Under the pieces are notes generated by a model. The model did no database searches. It was not told the origin of the DNA and saw only the letters and a program-made list of their open reading frames with translations. From NCBI GenBank assembly GCA_963845065.1, contig CAWJQQ010000002.1, positions 224,001 through 288,000 on the forward strand: 64,000 nt of DNA, written 5' to 3'. Made by a program: the position numbers and the translations under genes. Below are positions 38,688-50,259 of this stretch, one piece after another. Source of the DNA: Nitrospirota bacterium (lineage in GTDB: Bacteria; Nitrospirota; UBA9217). How positions within the stretch are numbered: position 1 is the first letter of the stretch; the number at the start of each line of letters is the position of its first letter.

Positions 38688-40781
38688 CTATGCGGCAGGC
38701 TGCTGCCGGTATCGAGGAAGAACCACCCGAAAGGTAGTGCCATGCATCGGTGAGCTTTCGGCTTCAATCTTACCGCCATGATTCTGCACAATACGATAGC
38801 TGATCGAAAGCCCCAGACCGGTACCACCGCCATTCTCTTTTGTGGAAAAGAAAGGCTCAAATATTTTATTCATATGTTCTGGTGCAATGCCGGACCCGGA
38901 ATCAGAAAAGACCACGATAACCTCGTTCTCATGCGTTGCATCGGCCTTGACCCGGAGCTCCCCCCCCTGCGGCATTGCTTGCAGTGCGTTATTTGCGATA
39001 TTAATGAAAACCTGTTTCATTTCATTGTGATCCATGTTTACCAGGACAGGTTCTGTCGGGTAGTCTTCATAGATCACCACGGAGGATGATTCGGCAATCC
39101 CCTGGACAAGAGCAATAGTCTCTTTGAGCGGCTGCGAAACGTCCTCAGGCTCCATCCATGATGGCCGCTGTCGAGAAAAATCCAGCAGGTTTCGAATGAT
39201 CTTTCTGACTCTCAACGTCTCCTGTTCCATCGTTACAAGGATTTTTCGCTGTTCCCCGGGTAGGTCTAGGGTCTTCAAGAGATGCGTCGCGTATCCGAGA
39301 ACGCTCGTCAACGGATTGTTGATCTCATGTGCTATATTGGCCGAGAGTCCACCGATGGCCGCCATTTTCGTAGAATGCACAAGCTGTTCCTGTGTGGTAT
39401 TCAGTTCGACCATTTTCCACTTTAAGTCGCTGTATAGTGAAGCATTTTGAAGAGCGGCAGAAGCCAGGTTGGAAAATACCGTAAATAGCCTCAGGTCGTG
39501 TTTATCAAAATTTCCCTCTCCTTTTTTATTGATGGCCGTGAGCAGGGCTGTCATCGTATTCGATGACCAGAGAGGGACAGCCATGATACTCTTGATGCCT
39601 AAAGATTTCATCTCTAGACCGTTCAGTCTGAAATCGTCCTCAGCATCTATAATAAGGAGTGGAGTGCCATAGCTCACCATCCAGTTATAAATACCGCCTG
39701 CTTCCAGCGGCATATCAAGTTCCTTTATGGATTTTCTTTTGCTACCGAAGACCCCCAGATATTTTAGCATGCGATCTGATTTATTAACAACAGATACTGT
39801 AGTCGTATCAGCACGCACGAGGTCTTCAGCGCCCGCCGCGATCTTCGTGAGAAGGGATTCGCGATCCAGGCTCTCCATAAGGCCCAGGCCGGTCGTATGA
39901 AGAATAAACAGATCTCGGTTACCCTGCGAAAGGCTCGTCTCTCGTTGTTTCAGAATGAGTGCCATCTGGTTAAAAGCATGACCGAGTTTGCTGATCTCGT
40001 CGCTCCCTTTCACGGGAAAAGGTGCTTCCCAGTTCTGTTGGGCCAACTTTTCAACGGCATCGCTGAGCCGCAGGATGGGCTTGGAAATTCCCACTGCTAT
40101 GATTTGGCTAAATGCTATTCCAATGAGCAAGATGATGACGAGTGCTCCAGCAGATTTTTTCGTGATGGCAAAGATTTTTTTCTCGTAGAGTTCGCCGGAA
40201 ACACCGACCCGAACGTAACCGACAAGTTTACGCCCGGAGAGGATAGGGAGAGTAAGGTCGCAAACCCCGCTCTTTTCCATCACAAAGGCAGGTTCATGGG
40301 TCTGGGCAGGCGTACAGGTAAACACAGTATCGTCACTCAATGCACTCCTGCCAGGAGGAAGTGTATGAAGCGATTCACTGTCAAAAAAGGCGCCTGAAGC
40401 CGTACTTCCGATAAGAGCGTCGCACGAACTATTGAATATCATCGCATAGAGAAGAGCTTTGCCGGTGCCGGCATCTTCATCGGCGGCAAAAAATGGGGAT
40501 AGCTTTTTGTATAGTTCAGACCGGTTGCTGGCAACGACGTCGTCTGCGGTGAAAGCCGACAATTCACGGGCTACAACAAGTGCTCTGCCCCTGGTTTCGG
40601 TGTCTACAACCTCCCTCCCCTCCCAGAAAAAAAAAGCTCCTATCAACGCTGCAACAAGAACGAGCGCCGTCGTCATGATAAAAGAAACCCTGCAGCCGAT
40701 CCCGCCCCACCATCTGGTAAAAGCAAAACACAAGCGAGCCAAAAGGGCTGAAAGTATGCCTTTTACATATGCCATAGTCAC
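38688..40781 (-). CDS. Sensor histidine kinase (2 TM, HAMP, GAF, HisKA, HATPase)
   Basis: DEISKLGHAFNQM, AHEINNPL, NNALQA, DSGSG, GTGLGL. Confidence 0.93.
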   Translation of the reverse strand: MTMAYVKGILSALLARLCFAFTRWWGGIGCRVSFIMTTALVLVAALIGAFFFWEGREVVDTETRGRALVVARELSAFTADDVVASNRSELYKKLSPFFAADEDAGTGKALLYAMIFNSSCDALIGSTASGAFFDSESLHTLPPGRSALSDDTVFTCTPAQTHEPAFVMEKSGVCDLTLPILSGRKLVGYVRVGVSGELYEKKIFAITKKSAGALVIILLIGIAFSQIIAVGISKPILRLSDAVEKLAQQNWEAPFPVKGSDEISKLGHAFNQMALILKQRETSLSQGNRDLFILHTTGLGLMESLDRESLLTKIAAGAEDLVRADTTTVSVVNKSDRMLKYLGVFGSKRKSIKELDMPLEAGGIYNWMVSYGTPLLIIDAEDDFRLNGLEMKSLGIKSIMAVPLWSSNTMTALLTAINKKGEGNFDKHDLRLFTVFSNLASAALQNASLYSDLKWKMVELNTTQEQLVHSTKMAAIGGLSANIAHEINNPLTSVLGYATHLLKTLDLPGEQRKILVTMEQETLRVRKIIRNLLDFSRQRPSWMEPEDVSQPLKETIALVQGIAESSSVVIYEDYPTEPVLVNMDHNEMKQVFINIANNALQAMPQGGELRVKADATHENEVIVVFSDSGSGIAPEHMNKIFEPFFSTKENGGGTGLGLSISYRIVQNHGGKIEAESSPMHGTTFRVVLPRYRQQPAA

Positions 40782-40834
40782 GGGACAGAGCGAAATAAAC
40801 CTATAGTAACATATAAGTACTATCGTGTAAATGC

Positions 40835-40867
40835 AATAAAAAAGGCAAGGATCATTGTCCTTGCCTT
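40835..40867 (-). terminator. Terminator after rplQ
   Basis: AAGGCAAGGA/TCCTTGCCTT stem plus T run. Confidence 0.85.
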
Positions 40868-40913
40868 CATGTCTATTGCGAGTGGCGCATAAGAAATTTA
40901 GAAAGTAGCTCCG

Positions 40914-41336
40914 CTATGCCGCCGGTGCCTTTTCTTTTTTAGTTTTTTTCGAACCTGCGGTCTCTGCCGCCTCTTTTGCCTTACGTTCCACAAGTTCGAT
41001 CACGGCCATGGATGCTGCATCTCCAGAACGGGTCCGGGTCGGAACAATTCTGGTATAGCCGCCGTTTCGGGACGTAAATCGCGGTGCTATCTGAGCAAAA
41101 AGGCTGCCCACTACGGCCTCATCCTGGATAAAACTGAGCGCTTGACGCCGTGCATGGAGATCGCCCCGCTTCGCGAGGGTGATCAATTTCTCCGCCAGTG
41201 GACGAATCTCTTTCGCCTTTGCTGTCGTTGTTTCAATTTTTTCATTCCTAAGCAATGCGGTTACGAGCATCCTGAGCAGCGCCTTGCGGTGCCCCGAGTC
41301 TCTACCAAATTGCCTGCCTGCGCATCCATGTCTCAT
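40914..41336 (-). CDS. rplQ: 50S ribosomal protein L17
   Basis: [24 protein letters not shown]. Confidence 0.98.
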   Translation of the reverse strand: MRHGCAGRQFGRDSGHRKALLRMLVTALLRNEKIETTTAKAKEIRPLAEKLITLAKRGDLHARRQALSFIQDEAVVGSLFAQIAPRFTSRNGGYTRIVPTRTRSGDAASMAVIELVERKAKEAAETAGSKKTKKEKAPAA

Positions 41337-41365
41337 TTCATCATCCCTGCCAAATTATTTTAGTA

Positions 41366-42388
41366 TTACGGTTCGCTTGGCTTTTCCGCCAACAGCCGCC
41401 TTGCTTCAACGACGATTTTATCGTCGACCTTCATCCCCAGAGATACTCCCATCTCTGCCAGTATTTCTTTAATCTCGTTCAGTGATTTTCTTCCAAAATT
41501 CTTGGTCTTGAGCATTTCGCTTTCTGTTTTCTGAACCATTTCCGCTATGGTCTCGATCCCAGCATTTTTGAGACAATTTGCTGCCCGTACGGAAAGCTCT
41601 AGTTCATTGACGCTGCGAAGAAGATTTTCATTGAATGACGGAGCTTTTTTTATTTCCTCCTCCATCGCAGGAACCTCTTCTTCTTCCTCGGGGAGGTGGA
41701 TAAAGAACGTTAGGTGATCTTTAAGAAGTTTAGCAGCGTGCGCTACGGCGTCATCTGGCCGGATACTGCCATCAGTCCATACTTCGAGCACAAGCTTATC
41801 ATAGTCAGTTTCCTGGCCGACGCGGGCATTTTCTACCTTAAAATTCACCTTCCGAATCGGTGAGAAAACTGAGTCTATCGGAACGACGCCAATGGACTGT
41901 CCCGGTTCCTTGTTCTTGTCGGAGGAAACATATCCCCTGCCGCGGCGCGCGCGCATTTCAAGTTCAAGCTTGCCATTTTTATCAATCGTTGCAAGATGGA
42001 TGTCAGGGTTCAGGATTTCCACTTCAGCATCCGCCTCGACGTCTTTTGCCGTCACTTCTCCCGGGCCCTTTGCCTTGAGAAGTAGCGTTTTGGATTTATC
42101 CGTATGCAGCTTGAGCCTGATTTCTTTAAGGTTCAGAATAAGGTCGGTTGTGTCTTCCACTACACCGGGAATACTTGAGAACTCATGCTGCACGCCGGCA
42201 ATTTTAATCGAGGTGACAGCAGACCCCTCAAGCGAGGACAGAAGAACCCGGCGCAATGAATTCCCCAAGGTGGTACCAAAACCGCGCTCTAAAGGTTCTG
42301 CGATAAACTTGCCGTATGTGTCCGTTATCTTTTTGGGATCATATTGTAACTTTTTTGGCATTTGGAAATCTTTTGCTTTTCTGAGCAT
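41366..42388 (-). CDS. rpoA: RNA polymerase alpha subunit
   Basis: [35 protein letters not shown]. Confidence 0.99.
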   Translation of the reverse strand: MLRKAKDFQMPKKLQYDPKKITDTYGKFIAEPLERGFGTTLGNSLRRVLLSSLEGSAVTSIKIAGVQHEFSSIPGVVEDTTDLILNLKEIRLKLHTDKSKTLLLKAKGPGEVTAKDVEADAEVEILNPDIHLATIDKNGKLELEMRARRGRGYVSSDKNKEPGQSIGVVPIDSVFSPIRKVNFKVENARVGQETDYDKLVLEVWTDGSIRPDDAVAHAAKLLKDHLTFFIHLPEEEEEVPAMEEEIKKAPSFNENLLRSVNELELSVRAANCLKNAGIETIAEMVQKTESEMLKTKNFGRKSLNEIKEILAEMGVSLGMKVDDKIVVEARRLLAEKPSEP

Positions 42389-42496
42389 GATTCCTCCGTA
42401 ACGGAGTAAAAAAACTATTAATTCCTATGATGGCTGACAACGCTCTCAATATGAGCGCCTACTCGACCACCGGTAATATTCTGACGCCGCCTGAGT

Positions 42497-43126
42497 TTAC
42501 TTCGAATAGAGCTCGACCACGAGTTGTTCTTTAACCGTCGGCAGCGAACTTTCATCGCGGGCCGGCAATGAGAGAACCTTACCCCTGAACTGAGTCTTAT
42601 CGATCTCTAGCCAGGAGGGGAAACCCCTCTTATCAACTGCGGCGAGCGTCTGTTGAATCTGAGCGATGCCCCTGCTCTTTTCACGAAGCTCCACTACATC
42701 GCCAGCCTTGACAAGAAAGGAAGGGATATTAACCTTTTTCCCGTTGACCAGCATATGGCCATGCCGTACGAGCTGCCGTGCCTCTTTCTTGGAACCGGCA
42801 AAACCCATTCGCTGGATAATATTATCAAGCCGTCTTTCCAGAAGCTGTAATAAATTATCGCCAGTCACTCCCTTCATCCGTTCGGCTTTCTCAAAATAGC
42901 CTCGGAATTGGCGTTCGAGCACACCATAGACCCGCCTGATCTTTTGCTTTTCCCGGAGCTGCAGGCTGTATTCCGACTGCTTTATTCTGCCTTGTCCGTG
43001 TTGTCCTGGCGGATAGCTTCTCCGTGTAACACCGCACTTATCTGTATAACAGCGCTCAGCCTTCAGAAAAAGCTTCATGCCCTCTCTTCTGCAGAGCTTG
43101 CAGACTGATCCAATATACCGTGCCAA
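42497..43126 (-). CDS. rpsD: 30S ribosomal protein S4
   Basis: [23 protein letters not shown] start. Confidence 0.99.
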   Translation of the reverse strand: MARYIGSVCKLCRREGMKLFLKAERCYTDKCGVTRRSYPPGQHGQGRIKQSEYSLQLREKQKIRRVYGVLERQFRGYFEKAERMKGVTGDNLLQLLERRLDNIIQRMGFAGSKKEARQLVRHGHMLVNGKKVNIPSFLVKAGDVVELREKSRGIAQIQQTLAAVDKRGFPSWLEIDKTQFRGKVLSLPARDESSLPTVKEQLVVELYSK

Positions 43127-43170
43127 GTGATTCTCCTCCTGTGTGAACCGTTTCTCTATGCTTACTTAAA

Positions 43171-43545
43171 CTACACCCGTCTCCGTTTCGGCGGCCTGCA
43201 CCCGTTGTGCGGGATCGGCGTTACGTCTTTTATCGCCACGATCTCGAGACCGGCGGCCTGAATTGCGCGGATCGCTGATTCCCGGCCAGTGCCTGGACCT
43301 TTCACATAAACTTCTACCTGCCTCATTCCGTGTTCCATTGCCTTTTTAGCAGCAGTCTCAGCAGCCAGCTGCGAGGCGAAGGGTGTACTCTTGCGCGATC
43401 CCTTGAAGCCCTTGTTGCCAGCGCTGGACCAGGTCAAGACATTGCCGGCCGTATCCGTGATGGTTACAATCGTGTTGTTAAAGGAGGCGTGGATATGGGC
43501 TATGCCATTTGCCACATTTTTTCTTTCTTTACCCTTTTTAGCCAT
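43171..43545 (-). CDS. rpsK: 30S ribosomal protein S11
   Basis: [19 protein letters not shown]. Confidence 0.99.
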   Translation of the reverse strand: MAKKGKERKNVANGIAHIHASFNNTIVTITDTAGNVLTWSSAGNKGFKGSRKSTPFASQLAAETAAKKAMEHGMRQVEVYVKGPGTGRESAIRAIQAAGLEIVAIKDVTPIPHNGCRPPKRRRV

Positions 43546-43610
43546 CTGCTCTCCATTGTGTAAAAATTACAGTCTGCTTAATTGATCAATTCAGGGATTC
43601 TTTCTGTCTT

Positions 43611-44003
43611 TTATTTCTTAGCCAGGCTTTTCTTTTTGCCCCTGCCCGCCATGGCTGACTTCTTCGGTCCTTTTCGTGTTCTCGCGTTTGTTTTTGTCCG
43701 CTGCCCCCGCGCTGGCAGCCCTTTTCGGTGCCGTAATCCGCGATAACTTCCGATATCCATCAAACGCTTGATGTGCATCGTTATCTCTCTGCGAAGATCG
43801 CCTTCCACCGTAAAATCGCGATCCAGAATCGCACGAATCTTAACGATATCGGACTCGGTTAGATTACTGCTCTTCATATTTGGGTCGATTCCGGCCTCAG
43901 TCAGGATCTTTTTTGCCGATGTAGGGCCAATCCCGTAAATATAGGTAAGCGCAATCACATTTTTTTTGTCTTTGGGGAGATCTACCCCAGCAATTCGTGC
44001 CAC
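43611..44003 (-). CDS. rpsM: 30S ribosomal protein S13
   Basis: [23 protein letters not shown]. Confidence 0.99.
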   Translation of the reverse strand: MARIAGVDLPKDKKNVIALTYIYGIGPTSAKKILTEAGIDPNMKSSNLTESDIVKIRAILDRDFTVEGDLRREITMHIKRLMDIGSYRGLRHRKGLPARGQRTKTNARTRKGPKKSAMAGRGKKKSLAKK

Positions 44004-44100
44004 GTTTCCTCCTCATGATACAGCGAATCCGATTCGAACAGTGAAATCCCTCCCAGCAAAAAAGCAGGAACTCCGAGTTACGAATACAAAAATCCCGGTG

Positions 44101-44214
44101 TTATCCTTGGCGCTGTTTATGGCGAGCGTTTTCGCAAATCACCCGCACGATACCCTTACGACGGATAATAGTGCACTTTGGGCAAATTTTTTTGACTGAT
44201 GAGCGTACTTTCAT
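44101..44214 (-). CDS. rpmJ: 50S ribosomal protein L36 (Zn-binding type)
   Basis: Manual translation [37 protein letters not shown]; below the ORF track cutoff. Confidence 0.98.
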   Translation of the reverse strand: MKVRSSVKKICPKCTIIRRKGIVRVICENARHKQRQG

Positions 44215-44276
44215 ATATCATTACTTCCATTTCATAAAGGTATTATTACATTTTGCGTTGAGCAATTCTCGAGGCC

Positions 44277-44495
44277 TTATTTGAACCGGTACGTGATCCT
44301 TCCTCTGGTCAAGTCATAGGGAGTAAGCTCGACCGTTACCTTATCTCCCGGGAGTATCTTGATGAAATGCATGCGCATCTTGCCGGAGATGTGCGCCAAG
44401 ATCTTATGGCCATTTTCCATCTCAACGCGAAACATCGCATTCGGAAGTGTCTCTAGTACCGTACCCTGTACCTCTATGGAATCTTCTTTTGCCAT
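44277..44495 (-). CDS. infA: Translation initiation factor IF-1
   Basis: [23 protein letters not shown]. Confidence 0.99.
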   Translation of the reverse strand: MAKEDSIEVQGTVLETLPNAMFRVEMENGHKILAHISGKMRMHFIKILPGDKVTVELTPYDLTRGRITYRFK

Positions 44496-44544
44496 ATTCC
44501 CGTATTCGTTTCTTCAAGGCTTTGCATCGATTATACAAATTCTT

Positions 44545-45294
44545 TTACTTTTTTGTCAAAATCCAAGGACCATCGGCCAACACAGCAACCGTATGTTCAA
44601 AATGCGCCGACAAACTACCGTCAACTGTGATTGCCGTCCATCCATCGTCGCTAACTGCTGTTGCACTTTCCCCAAGATTTACCATGGGCTCAATGGCAAT
44701 CACCATCCCGGCTTTTATCCTCGGCCCCTGACCCGATTCGCCAAAATTGGGGATCTGAGGATCTTCATGCATGTTGCGCCCGATTCCATGCCCGACATAT
44801 TCGCGAACGACAGAATATCCATGTGACTCTACATGACGTTGCACTGCATGTGAAATGTCGTACAGCCTGTTACCCGGCCTAGCCTGTTCTATCCCGCGGT
44901 ACAGCGATTCTTCTGTTATCGTTGTCAGGCGCTTCGCCTCCGGTGAGATCTTTTCCACTGGGAAGGTCATTGCTGCGTCGCCATAAAAACCTTCAACGAT
45001 TGCTCCTACATCGACACTAATTATATCACCCGGCCTCAGCACCACTGTTTTCGAAGGAATCCCGTGGATAACTTGGCTATTCAGGGACGTACACAACGTT
45101 TTGGGATATCCACGATATCCTTTGAAAGCAGGTTTAGCGCCTGCTGCTAAAATCATCCGTTCGGCGAACTCGTCGAGGGATTGTGTGCTCACGCCAGGCC
45201 GTATTTCATCGCGTATACGGTGTAGAACGTCAGCGACAACCAGGCAGGCTTTCCGAATTTTTTCAATCTCCTGAAGGGATTTGAGAATGATCAT
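44545..45294 (-). CDS. map: Methionine aminopeptidase type I
   Basis: HGIP, GFYGD, GHGIG, IEPM, SAHFEHT. Confidence 0.98.
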   Translation of the reverse strand: MIILKSLQEIEKIRKACLVVADVLHRIRDEIRPGVSTQSLDEFAERMILAAGAKPAFKGYRGYPKTLCTSLNSQVIHGIPSKTVVLRPGDIISVDVGAIVEGFYGDAAMTFPVEKISPEAKRLTTITEESLYRGIEQARPGNRLYDISHAVQRHVESHGYSVVREYVGHGIGRNMHEDPQIPNFGESGQGPRIKAGMVIAIEPMVNLGESATAVSDDGWTAITVDGSLSAHFEHTVAVLADGPWILTKK

Positions 45295-45308
45295 GCTGCA
45301 CCCGAGCC

Positions 45309-46607
45309 TTAACGCCTCCCTTTCATTGTAAAGCCCTTCAGGAAACCTCCGTAGTGTCTCTGAATTAAATGTGACTCTATCTGGGATACGGTATCTAGTG
45401 CAACACCGATCACGATCAAAAGCGATGTCCCGCCAAAATAAAAGGGAACATTAAAAAACTTATAAAAAATGTCCGGCAGTACACAAACCGCAGAGAGGTA
45501 CAACGCTCCACCCAGAGTGATCCTGTTCAATACTCGAAACAGGTAATCAGAGGTTTTCTTTCCTGGCCTTATACCCGGAATAAAACCACCATACTTTTTC
45601 AAATTATCTGCAATATCCACGGGGTTAAATACTATTGCTGTATAAAAATAAGCAAAGCCAACGATCATGATAACGTAAACAAACGTATAAAGGACTCTAC
45701 CTGGCGCAAGTTGCAGAGCAAACCAATGAAGCCATCCTACCTGAACAAACCCCGCAATCGTAGCTGGAAACAGTAGTATTGACGACGCGAATATCGGGGG
45801 AATCACACCCGCAGAATTAATTTTGAGGGGCAGATGCGTACTCTGACCCTTGTATATCTTTCTTCCTACCATCCGTTGGGCATATTGTATCGCTATTTTG
45901 CGCTGTCCACGTTCCATAACGATGATGGCGGCAACCACCGCAATAATCAAGGCCAGGATGATAAATACCATGAAATATGCGATTTCACCGGACCTCATGA
46001 GCCCAAACGTATTGTTGACAGCACGTGGAAATCCTGACACGATGCCCGCAAAAATAATCAAGGAAATGCCATTGCCAATGCCGCGTTCGGTGATCTGCTC
46101 GCCGAGCCACATGATGAACGTCGTGCCCGCCGTGAGCGTTATCATCGTCATAATGCGGAAGGACCATCCTGTTGAATCGACAAATGCTCCACCGCCCATT
46201 TTTTCTATGCCCACAGCCATCCAGAACGATTGGAATCCGGCAATCACGACTGTTCCGTATCGCGTATATTCCGTTATCTTCTTCCTGCCGGCCTCACCTT
46301 CCTTGGCCAGGGCTTGCAGCCGCGGAAGCACAACGGTCAGGAGCTGCAACACGATCGAGGCGGTAATATACGGCATGATTCCAAGGGCAAAAATCGTAAC
46401 CCGGGAGAGCGCCCCGCCTGAAAACATATCGAAAAATCCCATCAGTCCTGCAGCAGACTGATGCAGAAACTGACTAAGAGCTTCGCCCTTAACACCGGGA
46501 GTTGGAATATGCGCGCCGATGCGGTAAACCGCCAGCAGCAACAAAGTAAAAATAATGCGCTTCCGGAGTTCGGGAATGCTAAATACGTTTTTTAATCCGG
46601 TGAACAC
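45309..46607 (-). CDS. secY: Preprotein translocase SecY
   Basis: LGIMPYITASI, GIGNGISL, IPGIRPG, FGGTSLLI. Confidence 0.99.
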   Translation of the reverse strand: MFTGLKNVFSIPELRKRIIFTLLLLAVYRIGAHIPTPGVKGEALSQFLHQSAAGLMGFFDMFSGGALSRVTIFALGIMPYITASIVLQLLTVVLPRLQALAKEGEAGRKKITEYTRYGTVVIAGFQSFWMAVGIEKMGGGAFVDSTGWSFRIMTMITLTAGTTFIMWLGEQITERGIGNGISLIIFAGIVSGFPRAVNNTFGLMRSGEIAYFMVFIILALIIAVVAAIIVMERGQRKIAIQYAQRMVGRKIYKGQSTHLPLKINSAGVIPPIFASSILLFPATIAGFVQVGWLHWFALQLAPGRVLYTFVYVIMIVGFAYFYTAIVFNPVDIADNLKKYGGFIPGIRPGKKTSDYLFRVLNRITLGGALYLSAVCVLPDIFYKFFNVPFYFGGTSLLIVIGVALDTVSQIESHLIQRHYGGFLKGFTMKGRR

Positions 46608-46610
46608 AGG

Positions 46611-47051
46611 TTAGATTACCTCGGCCTTACCGCCGGCGGCCTGGATTTTTTCTAGAGCGCTCTTGCTGAATTTATGAGCCCGCACCGTAAGCTTAGCCTT
46701 AAGTTCACCCATCCCGAGCACCTTCACGCCGTTTTTCAAATTCTTAATCAGGCCTTTTTGCATGAGAGCTTCCGGCGTCACCGTATCAGACCCAGACATT
46801 TTTTCGAGATCTGCGAGGTTAACGACCGAATATTCCTTACGGAAGATATTGGTAAAACCTCTCTTGGGGAGCCTGCGTTGAAGGGGCATCTGGCCGCCTT
46901 CAAACCCTGCTCCCTTCACTCCGCCGGAGCGGGCTTTTTGGCCTTTATGTCCTTTTCCCGCTGTCTTACCGTTACCGGACCCCGGACCACGCCCAACCCT
47001 ATTTGATTTTTTCTTTGACCCGATATTTGGTTTCAGTTCTTCTAATCTCAT
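46611..47051 (-). CDS. rplO: 50S ribosomal protein L15
   Basis: [18 protein letters not shown]. Confidence 0.99.
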   Translation of the reverse strand: MRLEELKPNIGSKKKSNRVGRGPGSGNGKTAGKGHKGQKARSGGVKGAGFEGGQMPLQRRLPKRGFTNIFRKEYSVVNLADLEKMSGSDTVTPEALMQKGLIKNLKNGVKVLGMGELKAKLTVRAHKFSKSALEKIQAAGGKAEVI

Positions 47052-47102
47052 AGTATACTCGCGACCGCCACTGGCTGTAATTTAAGTTTACGAATGCTTC
47101 CG

Positions 47103-47297
47103 CTACGCCTCTTCCACTTTGATGAGGTGAGAAACCTTGTTGATCATACCCCGTATCTGCGGTGAATCATCGCGTATCACTGAATGATTCAATTTCCGGA
47201 GACCAAGTCCGATAAGCACTACCTTATGTTTTCCCGGACGTGCAATGCCACTTTTGACTAGGGTTATTTTTATTTTTTTTGCACCTGCGTTTGCCAT
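47103..47297 (-). CDS. rpmD: 50S ribosomal protein L30
   Basis: ITLVKS..LGLRK..RGMINKV. Confidence 0.96.
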   Translation of the reverse strand: MANAGAKKIKITLVKSGIARPGKHKVVLIGLGLRKLNHSVIRDDSPQIRGMINKVSHLIKVEEA

Positions 47298-47299
47298 GC

Positions 47300-47809
47300 T
47301 TATCCAAGCTCCTCTACCGTTTTTCCCCGCAACGCTGCCACCTGGGCGGCGCTCCTCAATCTTACCAGGCCATTGATCGTCGCACTGACGACGTTGTGCG
47401 GGTTGCTAGAGCCGAGGGATTTACAAAGCACGTTCCGTACGCCCACAACCTCGAGCACGGATCTGCTTGCTCCACCTGCGATCAACCCCGTACCTTCTGA
47501 AGCCGGCTTAAGCAACACTTTTCCCGCTCCATAATGGCCAAGGATTGCATGGGGGATCGTATCGCCCTTGAGCGAAACCTGTACCATATTCTTTTTAGCG
47601 CGTTCAACTGCCTTTTTTATCGCAACCGGGGCCTCGGCTGCTTTACCTTTGCCAACGCCGATTTTCCCTTTTCCATCGCCTACGACCACGAGAGCGCTGA
47701 AGTTAAACCGCTTGCCACCCTTAACGACCTTGGCCACACGGTTCAAGTACACCAGTTTATCTTTTAGGCCGTCGCCTTCTCCTGCATCCTTCTGATATCG
47801 CTCTGCCAA
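47300..47809 (-). CDS. rpsE: 30S ribosomal protein S5
   Basis: [20 protein letters not shown]. Confidence 0.99.
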   Translation of the reverse strand: MAERYQKDAGEGDGLKDKLVYLNRVAKVVKGGKRFNFSALVVVGDGKGKIGVGKGKAAEAPVAIKKAVERAKKNMVQVSLKGDTIPHAILGHYGAGKVLLKPASEGTGLIAGGASRSVLEVVGVRNVLCKSLGSSNPHNVVSATINGLVRLRSAAQVAALRGKTVEELG

Positions 47810-47835
47810 TGCCGCCTCCGAAATTAACCCGCAAC

Positions 47836-48198
47836 CTAAAAGTTAAGTCCCTTTTCACGTGCTGCTTCTGCCAGTGCCTTGATACAGCCGTGATATTGAT
47901 TTCCGCCTCGATCGAACACGACGGATTTGATATTCTTGCCCAGCGCTCGCTCTGCCAAGTTAGTCCCGACCTTCTTTGCCGCGACTACGTTGCCGCAATG
48001 TTTCAGGTTTTCACTGATTTTTTTTTCTGTAGATGCAGCTGCGATCATCGTCTTGCCTGTCGTGTCATCAATAAGTTGGGCGTAAATATGGCTCAAACTC
48101 TTGTATACACTCAGCCGCGGTTTAGCCGCGGTCCCAACTACTTTTTTTCTGATTCTCTCGCGTCTTCTTTGTCTCGATACTAGTTTGCTCTGTGCCAC
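47836..48198 (-). CDS. rplR: 50S ribosomal protein L18
   Basis: PRLSV, YAQLIDD, FDRGG. Confidence 0.98.
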   Translation of the reverse strand: MAQSKLVSRQRRRERIRKKVVGTAAKPRLSVYKSLSHIYAQLIDDTTGKTMIAAASTEKKISENLKHCGNVVAAKKVGTNLAERALGKNIKSVVFDRGGNQYHGCIKALAEAAREKGLNF

Positions 48199-48271
48199 AG
48201 TTATTCTCCATCATGCTGATGGCGACCGGACGTACCAACTTGAGGCCGCAATCTGCTATTCAGTAATATTC

Positions 48272-48820
48272 TTACTTGCCAGTCTTTCCAGCCTTGCCTT
48301 CTTTGCGATGAACGACTTCACTGCTATATTTGATGCCCTTCCCCTTGTACGGCTCTGGCTTTTTCAGGCTTCTCAGATTTGCGGCAATCTGTCCGACAAG
48401 CTGTTTATCGACACCCTTCAGGGTAATTTGGGTCTGCTTGGCATCCACTGTCGCCTTGATTCCTTTAGGTAGCGGATAGACAATCGGATGAGAAAAACCC
48501 AGACTCAGCATCAGGTTTGATCCCTGAGCGAAGGCTTTAAAGCCGACACCCGTAATATCAAGGGTCTTTTCATATCCCTTGCTGACGCCAATCACCATAT
48601 TGGCGATCAAATTCCTTGTCAATCCATGCAGTTCCCTGTAAATCTTCTGGTTCGCGGGCCGTTCCACCAGCAATTTGTTGCTTTCCTTCTTCACAGTCAA
48701 CTTCGGATTCACAACCTGGCTGATCTCACCTAGCGGGCCCTTGACAATGATTCTGCCGGTTTCCAGTTTGGTCTCGACGCCTGAAGGAATCTCTATCGGT
48801 TTTTTACCAACCCTTGACAT
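48272..48820 (-). CDS. rplF: 50S ribosomal protein L6
   Basis: MSRVGKKP, PEPYKGKGI. Confidence 0.98.
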   Translation of the reverse strand: MSRVGKKPIEIPSGVETKLETGRIIVKGPLGEISQVVNPKLTVKKESNKLLVERPANQKIYRELHGLTRNLIANMVIGVSKGYEKTLDITGVGFKAFAQGSNLMLSLGFSHPIVYPLPKGIKATVDAKQTQITLKGVDKQLVGQIAANLRSLKKPEPYKGKGIKYSSEVVHRKEGKAGKTGK

Positions 48821-48861
48821 AACAGCTCCTACACTCTTAAAAAACGGATTTGCTGCTTTCG

Positions 48862-49257
48862 TTACCACACATGACAGAGAACTTCTCCGCCAACATTGTC
48901 TTTTTTCGCTTGTTTGCCCGTCAGGACCCCCTTGGGCGTAGACAGAATTGCGGTACCCAGACCAGCCATAACACTCGGAATGGCATCATTTCCTGCATAG
49001 ACACGCCGACCTGGCGAGCTCACCCGTTTAATGCCTTGGATAACGGGCAGCTCTTCCTCGGTATATTTTAGATATACCCGGATCAAACCCTGCCGGCGGT
49101 CCTTCACCAACTTAACGTTCTTTACATATCCCTCATCTTTGAGGATCTTCGCAATTTCGATCTTCAATTTAGACGACGGAATGTCGACTTTCTCATGTTT
49201 TGCCTTACTGGCGTTTCGAATACGCGTCAGCATATCCGCAATTGGATCAGTCATCAT
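48862..49257 (-). CDS. rpsH: 30S ribosomal protein S8
   Basis: DPIADMLTRIRNA, GGEVL. Confidence 0.99.
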   Translation of the reverse strand: MMTDPIADMLTRIRNASKAKHEKVDIPSSKLKIEIAKILKDEGYVKNVKLVKDRRQGLIRVYLKYTEEELPVIQGIKRVSSPGRRVYAGNDAIPSVMAGLGTAILSTPKGVLTGKQAKKDNVGGEVLCHVW

Positions 49258-49278
49258 TGAGTCAAACCCCTTTTTTCG

Positions 49279-49464
49279 TTACCAGCTAGCCTTAATCACG
49301 CCAGGAACCTCTCCCCGGAGTGCTCTGTTCCTGAAACAGATCCTGCACATGTCAAACTTCCGCAGGTACCCCCGCGACCGTCCGCAAAGCGGACAACGAT
49401 GATAATCGCGCACCTTGAACTTGGATGGCCTTGACGCCTTTGCTATCAACGACTTCTTTGCCAT
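49279..49464 (-). CDS. rpsN: 30S ribosomal protein S14 type Z
   Basis: RCPLCGR..CRICFR. Confidence 0.98.
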   Translation of the reverse strand: MAKKSLIAKASRPSKFKVRDYHRCPLCGRSRGYLRKFDMCRICFRNRALRGEVPGVIKASW

Positions 49465-49493
49465 TGTTCCTCCATTACATCCGATGAGCCGGA

Positions 49494-50201
49494 CTACTTC
49501 CTGTACGGCATCCCCATATTGCCGAGCAGTGCCCTGCCTTCTTCATCGGTCTTTGCTGTTGTAACGATCACTATATCGAGTCCGTGGATCGAGTCTACCT
49601 TGTCAATTTCGATCTCCGGGAATATAACCTGTTCTTTGATCCCCAACGAGTAGTTTCCCCTGCCGTCAAAAGATTTGGATGATACACCCTTAAAATCCCT
49701 GATGCGCGGGAGCGCAGCGCTTATGAACCGGTCGAGAAACTCGTACATACGTTCCCGCCTGAGTGTCACCATGCACCCAATTGCCATTCCCTCGCGAAGT
49801 TTGAAGGTTGCAATTGATTTCTTGGCGCGAGTAATAACCGGCCGCTGGCCGGAGATTTTTGCTAGTTCCTCTGCAGCAAATTCCAATGCCTTGGCATTGG
49901 CGATTGCCTCACCCATACCAACATTCAGGACGACCTTGACCAACTTCGGGGTCTGCATTGGGTTCTTATATTGAAATTGCTTCATCATCGCTGGCACGAC
50001 GACATCATGGTACCGCTGTTTCATCCGAGGAACAGGGATACGTTCGGGAGCTTTTGTCTGTTTCGCTTCCGGGGATGTAGCGTCCACCTTCACCTTACCC
50101 GACGCAGCTTTTGCTTTCCCAGCTACCTTGGGGGCTTTAGCAGCAACTTTCTTCTGGTCACCGCTTTTTGTCTCTTTGCTCTTGTCTTTTTTATCAGCCA
50201 T
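49494..50201 (-). CDS. rplE: 50S ribosomal protein L5 with Lys/Ala-rich N-terminal extension
   Basis: [21 protein letters not shown]. Confidence 0.97.
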   Translation of the reverse strand: MADKKDKSKETKSGDQKKVAAKAPKVAGKAKAASGKVKVDATSPEAKQTKAPERIPVPRMKQRYHDVVVPAMMKQFQYKNPMQTPKLVKVVLNVGMGEAIANAKALEFAAEELAKISGQRPVITRAKKSIATFKLREGMAIGCMVTLRRERMYEFLDRFISAALPRIRDFKGVSSKSFDGRGNYSLGIKEQVIFPEIEIDKVDSIHGLDIVIVTTAKTDEEGRALLGNMGMPYRK

Positions 50202-50259
50202 AGTTCGTCTTCCTGTGTTAGCCGGTTCTCTATAAATCTGTCAATGAAGTCTGTGAAAC

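Noticed and set aside
38579..38860. 93-aa ORF bridging the kinase and regulator
   Set aside because: Overlaps the kinase 3' end in another frame; no recognisable motif
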